DNA of 64,000 bases from Octopus sinensis (taxonomy: Eukaryota): assembly GCF_006345805.1 (NCBI RefSeq), contig NC_042999.1, positions 108,376,001 to 108,440,000 on the forward strand, in the 5' to 3' direction. The number at the start of each line of letters is the position of its first letter. Position 1 is the stretch's first letter. The notes beneath the pieces were generated by a model. It was given only the letters and a program-made list of their open reading frames with translations, had not been told where the DNA came from and made no database searches. The position numbers were made by a program, and so were the translations under genes. Positions 39,461-49,630 of this stretch are shown here, in pieces.

Positions 39461-40319
39461 GAACAGCTCCCCCATAATGTCTCCTTCTTTGGCTATAGTT
39501 GTTGTTGATTGTTTAACCCCAGGTCAGTCTGGATTGATCTTATCTTTCATTACAGGCTTTATAATTATTATCCCATTATTTTCTGTATAGAGGACTATAT
39601 TGTCCAGTTTACCCTCCCCTGCTCATCTTTTTGTTTTCACCACATAGTGATGTGATTGATTTAGTAGCTGTTTTTCTCAGATTATGTGACTGCACAGAGG
39701 CTCTCTCATTGCTTTATAACTTACAGATTGCTTAATTCTTAAATTCATGTGCTTTCTCTATACAAATCTCACAATCCTGTTAGAAGTTAGAGATTTTCAT
39801 GAAAATGCAGTTAGTCCTGTATAAAAAATCATAAAACTGTAACTATCACATGAAGTTTGACAAAACTTGAAGATGAGGTAATGATTAATGATGTACATTG
39901 TGAATATGGATTTTACATGTTCTTCATTTTTACTTGTGATGCCACTGTCACCAGACCAGGTATAGGTTGAATATAGGTAATTTGATTACAGGTAGATGTT
40001 TATGCATATATTTATAAGATATTAATTCCTGAACATCAGTTTCTCATTTCAGAGCTGAATTTTTGCTTCAATAGCCTCTATAACTTGGAAGCTGCACCGA
40101 TTCCCATTAGAAAAAGCATTCCAAGATATACTTCCATTTCCTTCCTTGACGTATTGACGGTGATGATCATTCCATTCCTGTTCAGAATTGACAATTCCTA
40201 ACATCACTTTACATCATTTGTGTATACAGATGACACTGAAATATCACTGATTATTTTCTACAAGTCCTAGATCTCTTTCTAGGACAATGTTATGTTATCA
40301 TAAGTTTATTTAGGTTTAC

Positions 40320-40532
40320 CAAATGTTGCAGGAAAGAAGAGCAAGAATGATACTCCAAACGAACTAGCAGGAGACCTAGGGGTAGACCAAGAACAGGATG
40401 GTTGGATACTATTCATAGTTTCAATTAGTAATGCTTGAGAATCCAGCCAGAACGTCTAATGATGTTGCTTCTGATAGAATGCCTTGGAGGATATGCCTAA
40501 GGATTCTACCCCCACAACCCTCCCAGAAATAG
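40320..40532 (+). mobile_element. RTE-like LINE ORF C-terminus (second family)
   Basis: ERRARMILQ...RRPRGRPRTGWLD...RIQPERL...SDRMPWRICLRILPPQPSQK*; RGRPR.W is the RTE C-terminal motif. Confidence 0.7.
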
Positions 40533-40786
40533 TGGGCAGAGGTTTACAGTGACTTTCAAAACTTAAAGGAAACATTGATTTATGTCTCAACTATATCAAT
40601 ATTTCTATATTAAGTTCTGTTTGACTATCATCAATCAGGAAAAATATTGAAGTAGAAACATTGACAGACAGGTTGTTATATTTCTTGTTGTAGTGGTTGT
40701 TGTTATTTACTTGGGCAGCTTTGATCAAATAAACCTATTACCAAGAGCATTCCAGCCATGGCCATTTCATTGACATTTTTTGCTTA

Positions 40787-40832
<46 letters not shown>

Positions 40833-43069
40833 CAACAGTTTAGAACTAGAAAATCTTTGAAAGAAAAGTTGTTTAATTTTGAAGTTAGTTTTAATCTATT
40901 TGGCTCTAGTCAATATTGACCAGATCAAAGTCCTTAATTTATTGTTATTATTCTCAAATTCAACAATCTGAGTCAGCTTCAAACTAATATTCTCAATTTC
41001 AAACAAACATTTAAACCATATTGGAAGAAATTTGAGCTACTTGCTAGTAAATAATTCAGTTTTCTTATGGCTGTGCAAACCTAGTATTGAAGATGATAGG
41101 CAAATAAGGAAACAAAACGTGGTTGTTTAATCTGCTAGAAATAGTAGCAAAAACTCTCAAATCATACCCTACACTTGTATGAAATTACATATTGACATAA
41201 ATCATGTCTGTAAAGACAGGATGGTCACAACTGATTTTATGTATTGACCTGGGGCTAAACAACACTACCTGAATATGATATGCCATAAATGAAAAATAAA
41301 TCCTCGAGAAAGATTGGTCAAGGCCAGAGGCAGCTGAGAAGAGATGTTGAAGAGGCAGCTAAGAAAATTCTGTAAGCCTAAATATGACATTCCAGCATAG
41401 GAAAATGTAAATATAACATATATTTACATAGGAAAATGTAAATATAACATAGTTGTCATTGATGATGATGATGATGATGGTGGTGGTGATGATCTTTCTC
41501 TGTTTTCCGCTTAAAATGTTGAACACCACTTGATCTTTCTTACTGTCTCCTATGTAAGAAACTCTTCTGTAGAAATATGAGAAACCACTATTTGGTAAAC
41601 CTGACTCTCTCTTTCTCTCTCTGATAAAGCGAAAGAGAGGTACACACCTATACCTTCCTGAAATGCTTATCTTCTGCTCTGTCCTGAAGATAAATGTGTG
41701 ATATTGAAATACCAATGTTTCTTGATATAATTTTCAGTGCATGAAAAATGTGTCTAGTGTTTTTATTCATATTACCTTACAACCAACAACTTATCTGAAA
41801 TGAAAGTATATAATTATTTTAAATACTATCCTATTCTATTGTGAATTCTTCAAAAGAATTACTGTAGCAGAGAGTGAAAGGGAGAGAAAAAAAAAAAAAA
41901 AATAACAAATAATAAAACAAAACAAAAAACATAAAGAGAAACAATAAAGAAACGGTGTGTTCCATATCAGTGGAATTTATTTTACCCAGCTAGATTGTTA
42001 TCTATAACTTTGCATCCTTGTATTTCACTATTAAAACAATATGATCCTAGCTTTGTCTGGTTTCAAGTGCTAAACTCATTTAGTAAGTGGTTTTATTAAT
42101 GTAAATTTGTCAATATTAGTAATGTAACTGGTTGCCCCACAGAGATAATAATAGAAATGACTTCTCTCTATGTTTTTTTTTTTCTGTTTTTTGGTTTTTG
42201 TTTTACTAATATAGCTAAATCTAAATTACTATTTTTATTGACCAGATATTCAGAGTTGTTTCTAATCACTTAAAATCGAGTGCTTTTCTAGCACTATCTG
42301 TCTGGTTTCTTTCTACGCAACTCAACAAAACCATAACTTTTCAACTGATTCAAAGAGTGTTTTTGTTAGGGATTTTTGTTTTGTTTGCGTTTTGTTTTCA
42401 TTTAGTTTTTCCAACGGGGGAAAAAAATTCATTCTTCATAAAAGCACGATATTAGGAAAGAAAACAAAAGTGAAAATAAAAAACATCAAAAACGAAAAGA
42501 GAAAAAAGTCACCAAAATGCATTACAATAAATGTGTAGTGTTTTTCTAACAGAAATTTTCACTATAAAGGCATTCATTTGAATTTTTGATTTTCATGTTA
42601 CTGTTGTTGTTTATCCTGAGGTTAGCTCTGATTAAGCACACCTATGACCATAGGCAGTGAAGACCTGATCATCTCATCTTTGTTTAAGGTGTCATATATC
42701 CTGGACTGCATTGTCATGGATATGATTGTTTCTTCTTAAGAAAGCAAGGTATGATTTGAGGAAGAATTGGTTGTTAGTTTTTGCAAGCTAGGAGACCACA
42801 GAGGTGCTTTCTCTGTTCATTGTTACTCTAGAATTAGACCATATTTGTCATCCAACTTTCTGAATCTAACCCATTTTTGACAATTTTCATTCTGTTCTTT
42901 CTGGGTTTATTATACCAGCTGTACCAATCTGCCACACTAAGTTCTCTGACAAGCAGTGATTTAGTATTCCTCTGTTATTCTTTTAATTTCTCATCAACTG
43001 GCTCAAAGCCACCTCCCTCAGTACTACTACCTCTAGTTGAGGAGATTTTTTATCTTATCTTCGTAACCC

Positions 43070-43262
43070 CACTAGTGCTGGTGCCACAAAAATAGTACCC
43101 AATACACTTTGTAAAGTGGTTGGCACTAGGAAGGGTGTCCAGCTATAGAAACCTTACCAAAACAGACAATAGAGTTTAGTACAACCCTCTGGCTTGCCAG
43201 CTTTTGTAAAACAGTCCAACCCATGACAGCATGGAAAATGGACATTAAGTGATGATGAAGAG
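43070..43262 (+). mobile_element. RTE 3' UTR fragment
   Basis: GGAAGGGTGTCCAGCTATAGAAACC...CAACCCATGACAGCATGGAAAATGGACATTAAG(TGA)n. Confidence 0.8.
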
Positions 43263-44529
43263 GAGGCAGTGGAGGTGTTAAATAGAGATCTGAGATGCTG
43301 TTTTCTTTATCCAGTTTGTGTATATCTCATATTTTAACCTTTGTTTTTCCCTCATAAAGCAGGAGATATGAAAAAAAGATCTACCCATTGGCATTACCTT
43401 TGTGATGCAATCTTATCTTTCAAAGAAACATTGTATGTAGGATTACATTATTCAGTATCCTTCCTTTTTTAAACAGTAGGATGTAACAAAAATCTAGCTG
43501 TTCTTTTTGTAGTAAGACAAACATTCACAAGTCCATCTTGGCAGGGATGGTTAATGTAGACTCAGCTGGAGTATGTTGATTATTGTTTTTTTTTTTCTTT
43601 TGCATTCTTCATAGCACAGCTCATTTGTTAGGTTTACATCTGTTTTTGCATATTAGCATGGGTTAGACAAATGCTTATTGTTGAGGGATTGTATTACAGC
43701 TAGATGCCATTTTTGTTGCTGACCATTGTTTCTCAAGTAAAAAATTTTTTATTCTACTCATCCTCAAAAGTGCAGAGCTTACTGGACAATTTGTTGACAG
43801 GGAAATGTTAACAAACATCACCTATCGGTAACTCAGTGACTTTTTTCTTGCAAGTGCAGAATCTGAACATTTACACAGATGCACACCATACATGCATTCA
43901 CACACACATTTTATATATATAAATGGGACTCTCCAATTACTTTTAATGTATGAGGATCCGACAACCTACACTTTCTTTGTCAATCAAAATGCTTATGTCA
44001 ATTTGCAAAGAAGCCCATAAATGTTGCAAGTATGAGGATTACAGGTCAATATAGTTTGTATATTTGCAGCCACTTTTCTCCTCTGCCTCTCACCCTTAGC
44101 CTTTTAATGCTGGTTGAAACAAAGTCTCTCATATCATTTATATATATATCTGTCAAGTTGAGAATCTTATCACAGGCTGATGAGACCAGCTACTGGTACA
44201 ATGTAAACCAGTACTACCTGTCAAATGACTGACGACTTAACCAGCCCCCCCTATCTGAGTAGCTTTCCCCTCTTGTTAAAAGAAAGTTTGGACATGCAGT
44301 AAAACAAAAAACAAGGTCCGTCAAAGGCCCTGTGGTCCAACAATGATCTAGCCGGGGAAAGCATTGGCAAAACACCCAAATATCTCTGCAAAGAAATTAC
44401 TATGAGAAAGTCAGACTGAAGTAATGCTGTGATTTCATCTAATGGGAGAACTGACTTAATTGGGAAGTTTCATTGTAATTAATGTCATCAATGAGCTGCA
44501 AAAACCTACAATACATGATAATAATATAT

Positions 44530-44918
44530 ATATATTATTATATAAAATCCGTTCTGTCTGTCTGTGTGTGTGTCTTCTAGGATCTCGGGCATCCTCCATC
44601 TGATTGCGCTCAAATTTGATTTGTAAATACTGATGGTATCAGGGCATGTATAAGTCTTGAAAAAATTACAAAAATCGATTCCAGGTGAGAATGCGATCAA
44701 TAAAACCGTGGGAACGTGTATTTGTACATGCAAGTACATCAGCTGTTGTGATCAATACTACACATACGCGAGAAAAATGCACAAGCAGTTTGCACAAAAA
44801 AAGCCAGTTGGCTTGAAATAATGCCACAAAATGGAATGGTTGGACAAGTTATTTTGAGAAAATTTGGTTTAAATGTTTGACAACACAGCACTCTCCATTG
44901 GACGGAGACGTTTTGCTC

Positions 44919-44920
<2 letters not shown>
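44530..44920 (+). mobile_element. Non-autonomous Helitron-like element
   Basis: 5' end TATATAAAATCCGTTCTGTCTGTCTGTGTG (TATATAAAA plus a CTGT/GT microsatellite). 3' end has an imperfect hairpin GGACG-GAGA-CGTTT followed by GCTCG|T, close to CTAG|T. No TIR or TSD; flanked by TA-rich DNA. Confidence 0.55.
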
Positions 44921-44959
<39 letters not shown>

Positions 44960-44962
<3 letters not shown>

Positions 44963-45125
44963 GGAATTTACAAAAAACAAGACAAAGACAGGTGTATTAG
45001 TTTAATGCTCAGGAAGGTGAGAAAGTCTTTTACGTTTCGAGCCTATGCTCTTTGACAGAAAGGAACAAGACAAAATAAACAGAGACAGAATAATAAAAGC
45101 TTTAGTGGCTAGCGATTGATACATT
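44960..45125 (-). mobile_element. Penelope-like pseudo-LTR with a minimal hammerhead-like motif
   Basis: Minus strand CCTTT-CTGTCAA-AGAGCATAGGCTC-GAAACGTA-AAAG (about 45028-45063), adjacent to (TA)n. Confidence 0.65.
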
Positions 45126-45196
45126 CGAGTAAGCACATAAATGCAAAACAGGGTGGAAAAAATGGTACTTGTATACTAAAGGTAGAGTAATATGCT

Positions 45197-45378
45197 TTTT
45201 TATTAAGGCTGGAAAAACATCACAAAAAACCGTGACCCAGAGTTTCATGTTCCTGTTCGTCATACAGCTGTGATCAAATTCCAGTCTTGATTCCAATCTT
45301 GATCACAACCGTCCAATGGACAAGAACATGAAACTCTGAGTCACAGCTTTTGTGGTGTTTTTGCAGCTTTAATAAAAA
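45197..45378. repeat. Imperfect inverted repeat: arms of about 80 bp, 21-nt loop (second PLE-type pLTR family)
   Basis: 45197-45277 pairs with 45299-45378, e.g. CAGAGTTTCATGTTC / GAACATGAAACTCTG and TGTGATCAA / TTGATCACA. Confidence 0.9.
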
Positions 45379-45667
45379 TAAAAGAAAATAAATAAAGATG
45401 CTGCACAGTAAGATTGAACCCAAAACTCATGCTTGCAAAGCAAATTTCTAAATCATGCAGCCATACCAGCATAAAACAGTATTTGAGTCTAATACAGTTA
45501 TTGACGTTATTGTTGTCATTGCAAGTGTTTTTATTCTTTCGTTATTTGAGTGGAGTGAGTGAAAAGCATTGTTCTTTGAATGTTACTGTAGATTACCAGG
45601 CTGGTTGGATAGATGTGCCTGAGTGTTTTGGGGTGATTGTATATGTACATGAAATAACAGGAGTCCA

Positions 45668-45898
45668 GGTGGCGAGCTGGCAGAAACGTTAGCACGCCGG
45701 GCAAAATGCTTAGCGGTATTTCGTCTGCCATTACGTTCTGAGTTCAAATTCTGCCAAGGTCGACTTTGCCTTTCATCCTTTTGAGCTCGATTAAACAAGT
45801 ACCAGTTATGCACTGGGGTCGATATAATCGACTTAATCCGTTTGTCTGTCCTTGTTTGTCCTCTCTGTGTTTAGCCCCTTGTGGGTAGTAAAGAAATA
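45668..45898 (+). mobile_element. Young full-length SINE family B
   Basis: GGTGGCGAGCTGGCAGAAACGTTAGCACGCCGGGC...GAGTTCAAATTC...GGTCGACTTTGCCTTTCATCC, with many CpGs retained. Confidence 0.9.
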
Positions 45899-46139
45899 GA
45901 AATAACAGGAGTATCTTTGCTTCGTTATGCAAGTGATCTGTAGATGTGATCTGTGGTCAGTTTACAACCTGTGATGATGGAAGGAAACGGGGGCGGGGGA
46001 ACAATATACCTAGAATAGACAAATGTAAAAGCTATTTTTGTACCGAAAGCTATTTTCTTCCATCCTTAAAGAGGTTGCTATACTATGACAAGTATGTATG
46101 TGTAGATACATGCATATAGACTCACATACACACACATAG

Positions 46140-46146
46140 ATGTATG

Positions 46147-46181
<35 letters not shown>

Positions 46182-46245
46182 GTACATATATATATATATA
46201 TATTTATACATAGCATGTATATATGTATGCATATATGTATATATA

Positions 46246-46279
<34 letters not shown>

Positions 46280-46290
46280 CATATATATAT
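46140..46290. repeat. Compound (TA)n/(TG)n microsatellite
   Basis: Directly visible. Confidence 0.95.
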
Positions 46291-46768
46291 AGTTACTAAA
46301 CTTATAGATAAAATGGCACTTCTTATTCAAATATCGATTGATCAGTGTTTTTTTGGATTTGCATCATTTATTATTCCCAACTATCTACGATTCCTATTTA
46401 TGTCCAGAGTGATGTCATCTACAAGGTGTGCACATGTATGCGTGTATGTCTATGGTGTGTGTATGTGTACATGTATGTGTATATGCGAGAGAAAAAGAGA
46501 CAGGGCAAGAGAAAATGGGAAAGGAGAATATAAAAAAATATATAATGGAACCTAACCTCTTTTTATTATTGGATCTTTCAAGCTGAGTGATTTCTTTTAG
46601 GTACCAGTTTATAGGTAAAACATCCTGGGTACTTTTGGTCTAGCTAGCTTCAATTCTCTTCCAACCATCATTGATTTTATTCGAATTATGAGAATTAGTA
46701 TGTCAGCAGAATTTTTTCGCAAAACAGTTGTTGTGTGTGGTTTTACCTTATTTTATTTTACTTATTTT

Positions 46769-46803
<35 letters not shown>

Positions 46804-47089
46804 TTTGAAGCTTGATACATTTATTTTATTTTATTTTTTAGAAAATTAATAATTTTTTTCTTTATTGACTTATTTATTGCTTTTTGTCAAACATACAGTT
46901 ATATTTTTCATTTTCATTTTAATCCTTTTATATAATTCCTTGCCGTATATTTCTTCTAAATATTTAATTTTTGCTTTTAATGTATTCACTAGTTTTATTC
47001 ATTTATCTATTTCTGATGCTGCTGCTGCTACTACTCCCACTACAAGCGATTTGAGACCACTATCTCTTAAATCAAAATGTATTAGGTGC

Positions 47090-47158
47090 ACTTTTCTTCT
47101 TCTTCTTCTTCTTCTTCTTATTATTATTATTATCGTTATCATCATCATTATTATTATT

Positions 47159-47224
<66 letters not shown>
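47090..47224. repeat. Compound (TTC)n(ATT)n(ATC)n(ATT)n microsatellite
   Basis: Directly visible. Source of the poly-L/poly-I ORF 46865..47323. Confidence 0.97.
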
Positions 47225-47573
47225 GGCAAAATGCTTAGCGGCATTTTGTCTGTCATTACATTCTCAGTTCAAATTCCCCTGAGGTTGACTTCGCCTTTCA
47301 TTCTTTCGGGATCGATTAAATAAGTACTGGGGTTGATGTAATCAACTATCCTCTCCTCCAAATTTCAAGCTCTGTGACTATAGTAGAAAGAATTATCATC
47401 ATCAACATCATCAACATCATCATTATTATTATTATTATTATTATTTGCGGAGGTCGACTTGCCTTTCATTCTTTCAGATATCGATAAAATAAGTACTGGT
47501 CAAATACTGGGGTCAATGTAATCAACTTTTTCCTCCCCCGAAATTGCTGGCCTTGTACCAAAATTTGAAACCA
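47225..47573 (+). mobile_element. Two 5'-truncated SINE B copies separated by (ATC)n(ATT)n
   Basis: GGCAAAATGCTTAGCGGC... at 47225 and GCGGAGGTCGACTTGCCTTTC... at 47447. Confidence 0.85.
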
Positions 47574-47600
47574 TTATTATTATTATTTACTTTTAACCTG

Positions 47601-48115
47601 TGGAAGAGGTAGACCCAGGAAAACCTGGGACAAGGTGGTGAAGCACGACCTTCGAACTTTAGGTCTCACCAAGGAAATGACTAGCGACCGAGCCCTATGG
47701 AAGTATGCTGTGCGTGAGAAGACCCAGCAACACCAGTGAGAACAGTCAAAATCAAAATCAAACCAAATCAAATTAAATATCAGAAAGCAGAACCAAAATT
47801 GAGGTCGATCAACATCAGTGGAAATTGCAGCTGTGGTTAAGCGAACCATCCGATCGTGTTCGTTGTCGGTGGCACGTAAAAGCACCATCCGTTTGTGTCC
47901 GCTGCCAGCCTCGCCTGGCCCCCGTGCCGGTGGCACGTAAAAAGCACCCACTACACTCACGGAGTGGTTGGCGTTAGGAAGGGCATCCAGCTGTAGAAAC
48001 ACTGCCAGATCTGACTGGGCCTGATGAAGCCTTCCGGCTTCACAGACCCCAGTTGAACCGTCCAACCCATGCTAGCATGGAAAACGGACGCTAAATGATG
48101 ATGATGATGATGATT
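47601..48115 (+). mobile_element. 5'-truncated young RTE LINE (last about 50 codons plus 3' UTR and (GAT)n tail)
   Basis: (T)CGRGRPRKTWDKVVKHDLRTLGLTKEMTSDRALWKYAVREKTQQHQ*, then the UTR ending GCATGGAAAACGGACGCTAAA(TGA)n. Confidence 0.92.
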
Positions 48116-48147
48116 ATTATTATTATCATTATTATTATTATATCATT

Positions 48148-48362
48148 AAGGTGGCGAGCTGGTAGAATTGTTACCATGCTTAGAATGTTTAGCGGCATAT
48201 CATCCATCTTTATATTCTAGGTTCAAATTCCCCCAGGGTCAACTTTCCTTTTCATCCTCTTGGGGGTCGATAAATTATTAAGTATCAGTGAAACACTGGA
48301 GTTGCTGTAATCAATTAGTCCCCTCCCTTAAAACTTCAGGGCTTGTATCTATGGTAGAAAGG

Positions 48363-48437
<75 letters not shown>

Positions 48438-48567
48438 TCTGCGGAGGTTGACTTGCCTTTCATTCTTTCAGATATTGATAAAATAAGTACTGGTCAAGTA
48501 CTGGGGTCAATGTAATCAACTTTTTCCTCCCCCGAAATTGCTGGCCTTGTACCAAAATTTGAAACCA
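48148..48567 (+). mobile_element. SINE B, (ATT)n tract and SINE B 3' half
   Basis: GGTGGCGAGCTGGTAGAATTG... at 48148; (ATT)n at 48362-48428; 48441 onward is near-identical to 47447 onward. Confidence 0.85.
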
Positions 48568-48580
48568 TTATTATTATTAA

Positions 48581-49630
48581 TTACTTTTAACCTGCATGTT
48601 TGTTACAATTACTCACCAAGACACACATAGCGTCCTAGGGTGAGTGAAGGGTAAGAGATGTTATTATATGACTGAAAGCTTGGGGCAGTAGCAAAATATC
48701 TTTATATAATACAACACAGTCATTTAAATTGATAGCGTTTTTCTAAGGATGTGGACAGTACTTGTCAGCATAATCTTTTGGATTTCTCTGAGACATGGCT
48801 CTCTTGGGATATTATTCTAGATGTTTCTGACATCTCTTTCTTATCATACCTAGGGCACCTGCAATAACAGAAACAGTTCTCGCTTTAAGATGCCACATCT
48901 TTGTATTTCAATTTCCAGGTCCTTATATTTACTTAATTTGTCAAATTCCTTTGCATATATATTTTTATCAGTGGGAACACTTACATCTATTAGTCTGCAA
49001 GTATTTTTTTCTCAGTCTTTAATGACTATGTCTGGTCGATTAGCCTCAATCGTTCTCTCAGTGTTGACTGGAAAATCTCAGAGGATACTGACGTTTTTAC
49101 CTTCAGCGACTGGCTCAGGATGATGTTCATACCAGTAAGCAGGAGTGCTGATTTTGTAGTGTTTACATATTTTCCAATGTAAATACTGTCCTACCTTATT
49201 GTGACGATTTTTGTATTCATTTGCTGTCAGCACAGGACATCCCAAGACAAGATAGTCTATTGTTTCATAAAATTTATCACAGAATCTGCATTTAGGGTCA
49301 GAACCATTTTGAAGAACATTAGCCTGGCAGTTTTTGGTAAGCAAGCTTTGATCTTGTGCTGCCAATATGAAACCTTCAGTCTCTACTTTCAGTCCTGAGC
49401 TTCTCAGCTACTGATGCATTGTTGCTTGGTCTACATCAGCATTTTGGCTTTAAAATATATATACTGTCCATGCAGAGGCTTCTGGCTTCACCGCTCCTCA
49501 ATTTGTTTTTGCCCATTCTTTTTTGTAGTCTGTTTGTTCCATTTTGCTTTTTTAATGCCAAGTTCCCTTGTGAATTTGCAAGCTTCCTTGACAATAGATT
49601 GTGATTTTTCTGCTGCTTTCATGTTTGCAC
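48581..49630 (-). mobile_element. R4/Dong-clade retrotransposon 3' part (best-preserved copy)
   Basis: KPLHGQY...LRSSGLKVETEGFILAAQDQSL...DPKCRFC...ETIDYLVLGC...EYKNRHNKVGQYLHWKICKHY...WYEHHPEPV...DFPVNTERTIEANRPDIVIKD...LIDVSVP...KEFDKLSKYKDLEIEI: zinc knuckle plus PD-(D/E)XK REL domain. The 3' UTR abuts (TAA)n. Confidence 0.92.

Noticed and set aside
41289-41690. Candidate exons MKNKSSRKIGQGQRQLRRDVEEAAKKI (+) and DRAEDKHFRK (-)
   Set aside because: Equally plausible on opposite strands; expected by chance; no supporting evidence.
45990-45998. Sp1 GC box as a promoter feature
   Set aside because: A single 9-mer cannot define a promoter; kept only within the CpG finding.
46865-47323. 152-aa ORF with poly-L and poly-I
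   Set aside because: Translation of a compound trinucleotide microsatellite.
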